This document shows, piece after piece, positions 49,786 to 59,469 of a DNA stretch of 64,000 nucleotides. The notes below the pieces were generated by a model. That model did no database searches, was not told the origin of the DNA, and worked only from the letters and a program-made list of their open reading frames with translations. Where the stretch lies: positions 1 through 64,000 of the forward strand of contig JAQBVF010000006.1 in the NCBI GenBank assembly GCA_027623675.1. The letters run 5' to 3'. Position 1 is the stretch's first letter. Every line of letters starts with the position of its first letter. This DNA comes from Chloroflexota bacterium (GTDB taxonomy: Bacteria > Chloroflexota > Dehalococcoidia > Lucifugimonadales > UBA3495). The position numbers and the translations under genes were made by a program.

Positions 49786-51720
49786 TCAGGCCGAAAGGTT
49801 CATGATATCTACCGTGCCGATGGGCCCGGCAACCTCAAATCCAAACACCTTGGAATAGAAGTACAACTCGGCTTCCAGGGCCCGTTTGATGTTCTCCGCG
49901 CGGCGGAACCCGTGCTGCTCGCCCTCAAATGGGATATACGCCGTGGGGATGCCCTTGGCGCGGACGGCGTCGAACATCATCGTGGCCTGGTTGGGTGGCA
50001 CGATCTGGTCTTCCAGGCCCTGAAACAGGATCAAGGGGCAGGACAGCATCTGGGTGTGGTTGATGGGGGAGCGCTCTTGGTACAGCGCCTGACCCTCCGG
50101 GTAGGGGCCGACCAGGTTGTCCAGGTAGCGCGATTCGAACTTGTGGGTTTCCTTGGCCAGGGCTTCCAGGTCGCTGACACCGTAGTAGCTGGCGCCGGCC
50201 TTGAAGACATCTTTGAAGGTTAGGGCCGCCAGTGTGGTGTAGCCGCCGGCGCTTCCTCCGTCGATGGCCAAGCGGTCCGGGTCAGCGTCGCCACGGGCCA
50301 CCAGATGCAGGGCGGCGTTGCAGCAATCGTCAACATCCACCACTCCCCAGGTCCCGTTCAGCCGCTCCCGGTATTCCCGGCCATACCCAGTGCTGCCGCC
50401 GTAATTCACGTCCAGCACCCCGATGCCACGGCTGGTCCAGTACTGGATGCTCAGGTCCAGGGCGGTGGAGGCTGAGCCGGTGGGGCCGCCATGGCTCTTG
50501 ACCAGCAGTGGGGGCCTCTCATCGGGAGGCGCTTGGAAGTCCTGATTTTTGGGCGCGTAGTAGAGGGCGTGGGCCGTCTTGCCGTCCGTGGTGGGAAACT
50601 CCACCGGCTGAGCGGCCGACAGATAGCCGGGGTCGATCTCCAAGCTGTGGGATTTCCTGAGTTCTTCCCACTTGGCGCTGCCCATCTCCATGGACACCAA
50701 GGTCATGGGCGCGGTGGGAGAGCCGGCCAGGAATATCAGGTTGCCGTCCCCCGCCTTGATCTCGCCGCGGCCCATCTCGGAGAAGGGGGAGTCAACCGGG
50801 AACAGATTGCGGGACTTGATATCCAGCATGGCGATCTTCCAGGCGCCGTCCTCCACGTAGCTGCAGGCGATCAGGTCGGCCGAGGCGAATGAGTAGGTAC
50901 CCGAACCAAACACCCATTGGGGCTTGCCGAATTCGGCTTCCCGGTTGGTCAACTGGCTGGGTTGCCCGTTCTCCAAGCGCCACAGGTTCCACCAGCCGCT
51001 GCGGTCAGAGACGTAATGCAGAACGCCGTCGGGGGACCATTCGGGCTGGAAGATGGACTCGGTCTCGCCTCCGGCCACTACCTGGGGCTCGCCCAGTAGA
51101 CCCTGGTCATCGAACGAGGCCACCAGCAGCGAGGTGCCGTCCCAGGGCATGTTTGGGTGGTCCCAGGACAGCCAGGACAGAGTGGAACCGTCGGGGCTGA
51201 GGCGCGGGTTGGAGCAGAAATCGGAGCCCTGGTACAGAACCAGTTGCCGGGCGTGTCCCTGGGCGTCCAAGGAGACGATGGCGTTGACCGGCTCTCCAAC
51301 CGAAGTGTGGTCCTCTCGGACGCAGACGATCCGTTTGCGTGCCGGGTCGAAGCAGCCGTCGGCGTACCGCATGTCTGCTTCTGGAGTCATGGGTTCCGGC
51401 GCTCCTCCCTCCTCCTGCCGGTACATGCGCTGGTCGGAGAAGTTGGAGAAGTAGACGACCCCGTCTTGGACCAGAAATGCGCCGCCGCCGTACTCGTGCA
51501 CCCTGGTGCGGGCGCTGAACGGCTCGGGTGTGATGTCCACGGTCTCGCCATCGGGAGTCCGCTTCACGATCACCATGCGGCCACCTTCCGAGGGGCGCAT
51601 CTCCACCCAGTAGATGTCCTCGCCGTCCAGGGCTATCTGCCCAAGGCCGATGGACCCGGCCACGATCAGGTCGGTGGTGATGGGCGACTGCCAAGAGCCG
51701 TAAGGGGCGGTGATTGGCAT
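49786..51720 (-). CDS. S9 family peptidase
   Basis: APYGSW, HGGPT, GGSAGG, EQHGFR. Confidence 0.95.
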   Translation of the reverse strand: MPITAPYGSWQSPITTDLIVAGSIGLGQIALDGEDIYWVEMRPSEGGRMVIVKRTPDGETVDITPEPFSARTRVHEYGGGAFLVQDGVVYFSNFSDQRMYRQEEGGAPEPMTPEADMRYADGCFDPARKRIVCVREDHTSVGEPVNAIVSLDAQGHARQLVLYQGSDFCSNPRLSPDGSTLSWLSWDHPNMPWDGTSLLVASFDDQGLLGEPQVVAGGETESIFQPEWSPDGVLHYVSDRSGWWNLWRLENGQPSQLTNREAEFGKPQWVFGSGTYSFASADLIACSYVEDGAWKIAMLDIKSRNLFPVDSPFSEMGRGEIKAGDGNLIFLAGSPTAPMTLVSMEMGSAKWEELRKSHSLEIDPGYLSAAQPVEFPTTDGKTAHALYYAPKNQDFQAPPDERPPLLVKSHGGPTGSASTALDLSIQYWTSRGIGVLDVNYGGSTGYGREYRERLNGTWGVVDVDDCCNAALHLVARGDADPDRLAIDGGSAGGYTTLAALTFKDVFKAGASYYGVSDLEALAKETHKFESRYLDNLVGPYPEGQALYQERSPINHTQMLSCPLILFQGLEDQIVPPNQATMMFDAVRAKGIPTAYIPFEGEQHGFRRAENIKRALEAELYFYSKVFGFEVAGPIGTVDIMNLSA

Positions 51721-52039
51721 GGGGTTTTCTCCTATTCGCAGAACAGAATCTCAATCAACATTGTATAGCGATAGACATCAGACTCTGGATTGTGACAACT
51801 AGGTGTTCCTAAGTGAAATAGTAATCCTTAGAATAACACCGAGTATCAACTCTAAGTATTGTAGTAAGTGCCCTATCTACTCACATTGTGGGCAACACAA
51901 CATAAAATAATGTAAGGCTGTATAATTTAACCGCGTTGTAACACGTATTCAAAATTATTAACACCCGCAATGTAAAGAGGGCAGAATATTAAGTTATAAC
52001 AAACTGAATTAATAACCACGTATTGTCAATAAAACCACC

Positions 52040-52068
52040 TTGACAGTTGCGCGCCTGGAAAATATAAT
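52040..52068 (+). promoter_or_regulatory. Consensus sigma70 promoter
   Basis: TTGACA-17bp-TATAAT in an AT-rich region. Confidence 0.75.
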
Positions 52069-52131
52069 TTATTTGCTGCACACGCCGTTCTCTGCTAAAC
52101 CCCGTGCCAATACATTGTTAAGAGGTTATAG

Positions 52132-53214
52132 ATGCTGCCAATAATGACTACCATGGAAGATTTAGACGTCTTGGTTGCGTTTTTGAAGACCAAGATCAAT
52201 GGCTCGACCATCAAGGAAGCTGAGTCGGTGGTTGGACGACAATACATCGACGGTAGGAAATTGTCTGGACTGCAAACCTGGGGTTTCATCTCAAAGGAGA
52301 TTGACCATATCGGCCTAACCCAATTAGGCCGGGAATTCAGCCGGGGATCCGAAGACGAGAAAGCAAGAATGTTGATGGGAGTAATTAGAGAAATTCCCCC
52401 ATACAATGGTGTACTCGAATGGGCGAGCTTCCAAAATTTTGAGTCCATAACCACTGTCGATGTCGGCTCAAGGTGGATTCAATTCAATAAAGATTATCTT
52501 GGAACCGATAATGAGAATACGATTAACAGCAATGTGGTGTGTTTTTTCCACCTCGCCCAAGGGGCAGGGTTGGGAAAGTTGGTCATTGGGCGACGCGGAC
52601 AGCCGACTCGGTTGGAGTTAGCCCAAAGTGTCGTATCGGCGTTTTTGTCTCACGGTAGCGGAGCTTCAATCGAAGAAAAGGAAACAGCTGCAATATCACA
52701 AGATGAACTATCAGGTTTTCCAGAACCCGGATTTTGGGAAGCAGATTCCAACACACCGACCGAACCGAGCGGGTTGACACGTGGCAACCAAAATGGTGTA
52801 GAAAAAGTGTTCGTAGGTCACAGTTCAAACGGCAAAATCCTTCAGCAAATTCGAACGATACTAAACTTTGGAAAATTTGAAGTCGTCATTGCCGAGGACG
52901 AAGAAACCACTGCAGTTCCGGTTCCTGACAAAGTGATGGACGCGATGCACAAGTGCCATGCCGCGATAATGAATATTTCAGCTGATACGCCCATAAACGG
53001 TGACGGTAACGAGTACGCTATCAACAACAATGTTTTGATTGAGGTTGGCGCGGCGTTCGTCCTATACAACAAAAATGTAATCCTCCTGGTAGATGATAGG
53101 GTGGAACTTCCGTCCAACCTGGCTGGTTTATACGAGTGCAGATACCACGGTGATTCGTTGGATTTCGAATCAACGATGAAATTACAGCAAGCGTTAATAA
53201 ATTTCCGTAATTAA
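52132..53214 (+). CDS. TIR-domain (CAP12/Pycsar-type TIR-like) protein with a probable N-terminal winged-helix region
   Basis: C-terminal KVFVGHS..NNVLIEVGAA..LPSNLAG. GC much lower than neighbouring genes. Confidence 0.8.
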   Translation: MLPIMTTMEDLDVLVAFLKTKINGSTIKEAESVVGRQYIDGRKLSGLQTWGFISKEIDHIGLTQLGREFSRGSEDEKARMLMGVIREIPPYNGVLEWASFQNFESITTVDVGSRWIQFNKDYLGTDNENTINSNVVCFFHLAQGAGLGKLVIGRRGQPTRLELAQSVVSAFLSHGSGASIEEKETAAISQDELSGFPEPGFWEADSNTPTEPSGLTRGNQNGVEKVFVGHSSNGKILQQIRTILNFGKFEVVIAEDEETTAVPVPDKVMDAMHKCHAAIMNISADTPINGDGNEYAINNNVLIEVGAAFVLYNKNVILLVDDRVELPSNLAGLYECRYHGDSLDFESTMKLQQALINFRN

Positions 53215-53231
53215 TTTTGCGGAGCACCAAA

Positions 53232-54170
53232 ATGACCAGTCCCCACGCCCACAGCGCCGGCCAACTACCGGAGCCCACACTGGAGGAGGTCAGCGAAGGC
53301 ATCTACGCCTACGTCCAGCTCGACGGGAGTTGGGGCCTGAACAATACCGGCTTCATCCAGGGCAGCGACGCTCTGACCATGATCGACACCTGCTTCACGG
53401 AGGCGCGGACGAGGGCGTATCTGGCGGCGGTCGAGACCGTGAGCAAACTCCCGGCCAAGACCCTGGTTAACACCCACCACCACGGCGACCACACCCACGG
53501 CAATTACCTGGTGCCCGGCGCGGCCATCGTGGGTCATGAGCTGTGCCGCCAGACGGTGATCGCCACCGGACTGCAGGCGCTCCACCCTCTGTTCCCAGGG
53601 GTTGAGTGGGGTAACTTGGAACTGGCCCCGCCCTTCGTCACATTCAAAGACCGCCTGGAACTGTACTCGGACGACCTCAAGATTGAACTGATCTTCATGG
53701 GACCGGCGCACACCACCAACGACATCGTGGCCTGGATCCCGGACCGCAAGCTGCTCTTTTCGGGCGACCTGATCTTCAATCAGGGGACGCCGTTCGTGGC
53801 CATGGGCTCGGTTTCGGGGTCACTCGAGGCGGTGAAGCGGCTGCGGGAACTGGGCGCCGAGACCATCGTCCCCGGACATGGCACGGTCTGCGGCCCGGCG
53901 GTGATGGACGATATCGAGGCGTATCTGACCTTCGTGCAGTCCACGGCCAAGTCTGCCTTTGAATCAGGCACGAGTCCCCTTGACGCCGCGCGCGAGACAG
54001 ATCTGGGCCGGTTCGGGGAGTGGACCGACACCGAGCGTCTGGCCGGCAACCTGCACCGAGCTTTCTCCGAGCTTCGGGGCGAGCCGTTGGGCACCGTCCT
54101 AGACCTGGGACCGATCGCCGCCGACATGGTTGCCCTGAACGGCGGCCAGCCGGTGCGGTGCTTGGCCTAG
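53232..54170 (+). CDS. MBL-fold metallo-hydrolase
   Basis: NTHHHGDH, AHT, SGDL, VPGHG. Confidence 0.92.
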   Translation: MTSPHAHSAGQLPEPTLEEVSEGIYAYVQLDGSWGLNNTGFIQGSDALTMIDTCFTEARTRAYLAAVETVSKLPAKTLVNTHHHGDHTHGNYLVPGAAIVGHELCRQTVIATGLQALHPLFPGVEWGNLELAPPFVTFKDRLELYSDDLKIELIFMGPAHTTNDIVAWIPDRKLLFSGDLIFNQGTPFVAMGSVSGSLEAVKRLRELGAETIVPGHGTVCGPAVMDDIEAYLTFVQSTAKSAFESGTSPLDAARETDLGRFGEWTDTERLAGNLHRAFSELRGEPLGTVLDLGPIAADMVALNGGQPVRCLA

Positions 54171-54307
54171 CGTAGGCGCAGGCTTCCCCGCATGCTAACC
54201 GGATGCGCAGCCTGCTTCAGAGAATGGCCAGTCCACGCACGATTCCTGCCTTTAACAAAGGGGGAGGGTTGGCGTTGTTGGGGTTGAAGGCATGTAGTTG
54301 GGCGATT

Positions 54308-54407
54308 CCGCTCGTCCTGAACTCCGTCGATGGGCGCGCCGCAGCCGGAGTTGTGCCCGGAGGAAGCTGGCCGGACTCAGATGGTTCGACGGACTCACCA
54401 TGAGCGG
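54308..54407. repeat. REP-like doublet, same family as the 29.7-kb array
   Basis: CCGCTCGTCCTGAACTCCGTCGATGGGCG ... GGTTCGACGGACTCACCATGAGCGG. Confidence 0.7.
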
Positions 54408-54484
54408 ATGGGGCGGCGGGAGCGTGGTTCGCATGGTTGGGCGAGGCGAACCACGAGTGGGGACGGCGGGGGTTATTGTTAGGG

Positions 54485-54940
54485 TTATTCTTTCCGGTGG
54501 TCGGTGCGGCGGTCGCGGCGGTTGGCGCAGTTGGGGCACCAGCCGTAGAAGTCGACGCGCTGTCCGGTGAATTGGAATTCTGACGAGTTCTCCAGCCGGT
54601 CTCGCAGATCGGCGACCGTGCCCTGGCCCACATCGGCGTCATGTACGCTGCCGCAGCCGACGCAAACCAGGTTGGCGTGGGGGGAAAGGTTGGCGTCGTA
54701 GCGCGACTGCTTCTGGAAGGGCAGTTCTCTGACGATTCCAGCTCGCTCCAGCACCGCCAGCGTTGAGTATACCGTGGCCAGCGTCACGTAGGGGAAAAAT
54801 TCTTTCACCCGGCCGAATATCTGCTTAACCGATGGGTGGTCGCCAGAATTCACCACCACCTCCGCGATGGCCAGACGCTGCGGCGTTAGCCGGATACCTA
54901 GAGTTTTGAGCCTGATTCCCAGTTCGTCCTGTGTTGTCAC
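54485..54940 (-). CDS. Fur family regulator (PerR-like)
   Basis: RLTPQRLAI, HPS, ATVYSTL, CVGCG, CPNC. Confidence 0.9.
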   Translation of the reverse strand: MTTQDELGIRLKTLGIRLTPQRLAIAEVVVNSGDHPSVKQIFGRVKEFFPYVTLATVYSTLAVLERAGIVRELPFQKQSRYDANLSPHANLVCVGCGSVHDADVGQGTVADLRDRLENSSEFQFTGQRVDFYGWCPNCANRRDRRTDHRKE

Positions 54941-55066
54941 TGTGGTGTTTTGCCTGCTACTTTTGTTTATTGGGTGTTTATTGGGCGCGCCGGTAGGCCA
55001 ACGGGCCAGGTTTAGGAAGGGGGATATCACTTTATCCCCCTTCCGGATTCGCTGTTGGTTGGTCGC

Positions 55067-56092
55067 CTAGAGGCGTCCGCCGAAGAACATGGGCTCCTGG
55101 CGGCGAAAGACCTGGATGCGGTTGCGGCAGGACTCGACCACGAACACGCGGTCCTGGTCGTCCACGGTCACGGCCACCGGACCCCAGAAATCGCGTTCCC
55201 GCTCGATGCCCTGGGCGATCTCGCGCTCTTTCCACATCTCAGCGTTGGCGTCCAACTTGTCCTTGCCCCACTTGGAAATGTCACCGTTGCCCGTGGTCAG
55301 GTAGACGAACTTGCCGGCCGGGTCGAACATCTGCATGCGCTCGTTGCCCCAATCGGCAACGTAGATCATGCCGGTCCGGTCAACGGCCACGCCGGTGGGC
55401 CGGTTCAGTTCGCCCTCGCCCTCACCGGGCGTGCCCAGCTTCATCAGAAACTCGCCGTCCTTGGAGAACTTCTGGATGCGGTCGTTTCGCCAGTCGGCCA
55501 CGTAGATATTGCCGTCAACATCCACGTCGATGCCCCAAGGCAGGTTGAACTCGCCGTCGCCGGAACCCTTGGAACCGAAGGCGGAGATGAACTTGCCTTC
55601 CTTGGTCAGCTTCTGGATGCGGTTGTTCTGGCTGTCCACCAAGAGCAGGTTGTCGTCGGCGTCGAAGACCATGCCCGAAGGCCGGTTGAACTCGCCGTCG
55701 CCGCTGCCCTCAGTGCCGAATTTGCCGATCCACTCGCCGTCACTCGTGAAGATGGATATGCGGTTCAGCCATTCGTCGGCCACATATACGTTGCCGTCCT
55801 GGTCCAAGGCCACGCTGGTGGGCCAGATCAGGGAACCGTCTTCAGTGACTATATCGGTCACGCCGGCGGTGCTGACGCCACGGGCGAATTCACCGATGTA
55901 ATCTTCATCGACGGTACAGATGGTGACCCGCTTGCCGTCGGGCCGGTATTCGTAGGAGCGGTTGACCACGTACATGATGTCGTCGGCGCCCCTGGCCAAC
56001 GCCACGGGATTGCGGAATCCGGGGCCGGAGAATTCTCCGCGCCCGATGCTATGACTATATTGAAGGGATACGCCCAGTGCTTGTGTAGCCAT
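55067..56092 (-). CDS. NHL-repeat beta-propeller protein
   Basis: Repeated GSGDGEFNxPxG..YVAD..N.RIQ units. Confidence 0.9.
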   Translation of the reverse strand: MATQALGVSLQYSHSIGRGEFSGPGFRNPVALARGADDIMYVVNRSYEYRPDGKRVTICTVDEDYIGEFARGVSTAGVTDIVTEDGSLIWPTSVALDQDGNVYVADEWLNRISIFTSDGEWIGKFGTEGSGDGEFNRPSGMVFDADDNLLLVDSQNNRIQKLTKEGKFISAFGSKGSGDGEFNLPWGIDVDVDGNIYVADWRNDRIQKFSKDGEFLMKLGTPGEGEGELNRPTGVAVDRTGMIYVADWGNERMQMFDPAGKFVYLTTGNGDISKWGKDKLDANAEMWKEREIAQGIERERDFWGPVAVTVDDQDRVFVVESCRNRIQVFRRQEPMFFGGRL

Positions 56093-56136
56093 CCTTACCT
56101 CGCATAGATCTGCAGTTGGTGTCGACCTGGCTCTCG

Positions 56137-57273
56137 TTAGGCTTTGATAAAGTCCATCTGCTCGAAGTTGCCGCCAACCACGGCCTTGGCGTCCATGCCC
56201 ATCCACTGCTCTAGGAGCGTGGAGTACAGGCCTCGGAAGTCGTTGTTGAAGTGCAGGTCGCCCTCCAACAGTTTGTCGGCTGCCAGCGAGGGATACTCGC
56301 CGTAGAGGCCGCCCTTGACCGAGTCGCCGATGACGAAGGCGACTCCGCCCGAACCGTGGTCGGTTCCCGAGCCATTGTCATGGACCCGGCGTCCGAACTC
56401 GGTGAAGACCAGCAGCACCATGTTGTCGGCGGCGTCGCTCTCGGTGAGGTCGGTGTGGAAGTCGGACACGGCGTTGGAAACCTCGCTCCACAGCGCTGAA
56501 TGCCCCACCATCTGACCGGCGTGCGTGTCGAAACTGTTGTAAGGAGCCGTGGTATAGAGGAACCTGGTGCCGAAACCGGCGATGTGGGTCTGGGCGATGT
56601 TCCTCATGTACTGGGCCACCGAGTTGTTGCCGTACTCAACGCTGGAGGAATACTTCTCCGGCGCGGTTTTCAATATGTCGGCCCCTTTCAGGGCGTCCAT
56701 GCCGGTGTGGGAAAGGTAGTCCATCACCTGGCCGCGTCCCATGGCCGGCGAATACATGCGAGAGAAGATGTCCAGGGCCTCGGTCCGCTGGTCGCCCTCG
56801 ATGCCTGTGAGCACGCCGTAGGTCTCCAGGTTGCCCACCGATGCCACGGGCACGCCAGGGGCGGCCAGAGAGCGGGGAAGGCCCCGGCCGAAGTTGACGC
56901 CGGTCAGGACGTTCTCGCCCTGCGGGTCAAGGTCGCGGATGGCGCGGCCCAGCCAGCCTTCGCTGCCCACCTTTTCCGGCTCGCAGGTGTGCCAGATGTC
57001 CATGGAGCGGAAGTGGGACCGGTTGGGGTTGGGGTAGCCGACGCCCTGGATGATGGCCACCTTGCCCTGGTCGTACAATTCTTTGATGGGGGCCAAGGCC
57101 GGGTTGAAGCCAATGCTGTCGTTGATCTTTAGCACCTGGTCTTCAGACACCCGCACCGACGGCCGGTTGTCGGCGTAGAGCGGGTCGGAATAGGGGATTA
57201 TGGTGTTCAGGCCGTCATTTCCGCCCGAAAGTTGCAGTACGGCCAAGACGGGGTCTTTCTTGGTGGAGGTCAT
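56137..57273 (-). CDS. DUF1501 domain protein
   Basis: QLSGGNDGLN, PNRSHF, FDTH, TEFGRR, GTDHG. Confidence 0.92.
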   Translation of the reverse strand: MTSTKKDPVLAVLQLSGGNDGLNTIIPYSDPLYADNRPSVRVSEDQVLKINDSIGFNPALAPIKELYDQGKVAIIQGVGYPNPNRSHFRSMDIWHTCEPEKVGSEGWLGRAIRDLDPQGENVLTGVNFGRGLPRSLAAPGVPVASVGNLETYGVLTGIEGDQRTEALDIFSRMYSPAMGRGQVMDYLSHTGMDALKGADILKTAPEKYSSSVEYGNNSVAQYMRNIAQTHIAGFGTRFLYTTAPYNSFDTHAGQMVGHSALWSEVSNAVSDFHTDLTESDAADNMVLLVFTEFGRRVHDNGSGTDHGSGGVAFVIGDSVKGGLYGEYPSLAADKLLEGDLHFNNDFRGLYSTLLEQWMGMDAKAVVGGNFEQMDFIKA

Positions 57274-57427
57274 TGGTTCTATATCTCCTAGCGCCCAGAC
57301 CTGATACATCAGTTGGGCGGTTACTTCTTACTGGTTACTTTCTACTATCTTGTAATTTCGTTTGATCACGTGAGTTTAGTCACGGACGTTTGGTTAAGCT
57401 CTTGTGTGCCTCAGGGAGACCATCGGC

Positions 57428-58831
57428 CTAGGCGAACTGGTACTCCTGGGTCGCCACTATCAGTTGCAGGGTCTGGGCGACCTGGGCGCCGTAGGCCTCG
57501 GTCCCCGGCTTCAACTCGCCGGATCTCCCGATGTGCTCCACCAGGTAATTCCGGGTCTCCTCGGGCAGGGAGTAGGCCCCCAGCATGTCCAGACAGCGCG
57601 CGATCAGCGCATCGGGCTGGTTGACCCCCTCGGAACTGAGGCGGTCGATGATGGCCTTGACTCCGGGCAGGGCTACGTTGCCGATCTGGTCGGCGGTGAA
57701 GTTGATGCGCTCCACCAACGTGCCGCTGTCGATCCACTCCTGGCCGGTGTGCCAGCCCTCGACCGTGGGCGGGTTCATCAGGTCCTGGCCCATGTAGCGG
57801 ATCTCCATGGCGATGGGGTGCAGGCCGGGCTTGGGGCTGGTGAAGTCCTGGACCAGCCGCATGGTTCCGGCGACGGTCTCCGCGGGACTCTTCACTTTTT
57901 CGAAGCGGGCATCCTTGAACCACTGTGACTTGAACAACACCCGCAGCATGGCTGTGATGTCGTAGTTGGACTCGAAGTAGGCGTCTTCCAACTCTTTGAT
58001 GGCATCAATGTCGCGGGGCGGTGTGCCCTGCCAGGCCGGGACCTGCGGCTCGTCGGCCACGAAGAAGTTGTACAGATGACGGGCGATGAACCGGGCGGCG
58101 GACGGCTGTTTGACGATGATCTCGATGATGTCATCGCCGTTGAAGTTGCCGGTCTCGCCCTGGAAGGTCTTTTCGCCGTAGTCATGGTCGGCGGCGTTGA
58201 AGGCGAACTGGGAGGGGTGCCGGCCGTATGGATACCTGGGGATGGCGTTGGCGATGGTCCAGCCGGTGAAGGCCCGGGCGCATTCCTTGACGTCTTCCTC
58301 GGTGTAGTTGGCGTGGCCGTCCATGCCCACGCCCATGGCGAACAACTCCAACAATTCACGGCCGAAGTTCTCGTTGATGGCGTCCTTGTGGCTCATGCAG
58401 TTGTCCAGGTAGAAGACCATGGCCGGGTCCACGGAGAGGGCCAGCAGCAACTTGGGGAAACTGCCCATGCCCAGCTCGCGGAACATATTCAACTGGGTCT
58501 GTATCTGGCCGCCGTGCTCGCACTTGGAGTTGCCGACGCAGAAGATTCCGTGCCAGAACAGGGTCATCTTCTCCTGCAGCGGGCGCTCCGTGTTGATCAT
58601 CCGGTAGGTTAGGTACGCCTGGTTAACCTCCAGCGCGTTCATCTCTTTCCAGTCGACGAAATAACGCTCTAACAGGTCCATTTCCAGGTCGGGCTGGTCT
58701 TTGGGGCTGAGGAGCTCGTCCACCGTGGCGTCGTAGCCCTTGGCGGCGTGGCGCTCCAGTTCCTCGTAGGTGGCGCCAAATCCGGCGCGGCGCATCAAGT
58801 GAGCCATAAGCTCGATATCGGGACTGGCCAT
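57428..58831 (-). CDS. DUF1800 domain protein
   Basis: HLMRRAGFG, EKMTLFWH, YLDN, NENFGRELLELF, ARAFTGW. Confidence 0.92.
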   Translation of the reverse strand: MASPDIELMAHLMRRAGFGATYEELERHAAKGYDATVDELLSPKDQPDLEMDLLERYFVDWKEMNALEVNQAYLTYRMINTERPLQEKMTLFWHGIFCVGNSKCEHGGQIQTQLNMFRELGMGSFPKLLLALSVDPAMVFYLDNCMSHKDAINENFGRELLELFAMGVGMDGHANYTEEDVKECARAFTGWTIANAIPRYPYGRHPSQFAFNAADHDYGEKTFQGETGNFNGDDIIEIIVKQPSAARFIARHLYNFFVADEPQVPAWQGTPPRDIDAIKELEDAYFESNYDITAMLRVLFKSQWFKDARFEKVKSPAETVAGTMRLVQDFTSPKPGLHPIAMEIRYMGQDLMNPPTVEGWHTGQEWIDSGTLVERINFTADQIGNVALPGVKAIIDRLSSEGVNQPDALIARCLDMLGAYSLPEETRNYLVEHIGRSGELKPGTEAYGAQVAQTLQLIVATQEYQFA

Positions 58832-58991
58832 CTGTATCTCTCCTTCCGGTAAAATACTGAGTAAAACCTGGGGAAAGCTGGTGCATAGGGGCGTTCGGCC
58901 GGTCTAGGCCGACTGTGATTGCCTTAGATTATAATCATTCCTACATAAGATTGTCTATAGCTTTAGATCGCTTTGCCGCTGATGTATCAGT

Positions 58992-59408
58992 TTAATCTGC
59001 CTTGGTTGTTTGGCCGCCTGACCGGCGGCGATGTTGGCGGAGGGTTCAATCGTCCATGATCACCGGAATGCCGGCGGCCTCGGCTTTGGCCGCCCACTCC
59101 GGGTTGACCACGCCGTCCTGCATCCAGATGTATTTGACTCCGATCTCGATCGCCTGCTCCACCACCGGGGGCACCAACTCGGAGCGCCGGAATATGTCGA
59201 CCATGTCGATGGGTTCGGGGACCGACTTCAAATCGGGGTAGCTCTTCTCGCCCAGCACCTCTTCGATCATGGGATTCACCGGGATGATCCGGTACCCCTG
59301 TTCCTGCATGTAGCGGCTGACGCGGTAGCTGATACGTTCGGGGTCGCCCGAGAGGCCAACCACGGCGATGGTCTTGCTGTTTTGAAGTTGCTCGTCGACT
59401 AGGTCCAT
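58992..59408 (-). CDS. CoA-binding protein (YccU family), probable selenoprotein with UGA(Sec) at 59046-59048
   Basis: IAVVGLS, IIPVNP, DMVDIFRRS, WMQDG. The frame reads IMDD-UGA-TLRQHRRR..KAD-TAA, matching the family tail MDRCxxxEH. A SECIS-like hairpin follows. Confidence 0.8.
59013..59029 (-). promoter_or_regulatory. Putative bacterial SECIS element
   Basis: GCCGCC-GGUCA-GGCGGC hairpin starting 17 nt after the UGA. Confidence 0.65.
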
Positions 59409-59469
59409 AAGCCCTCCCTACGTTTGCCTGCTCCCTAAGCTAGTTTCATTGTGCCTAGTTTCAGTGTGT

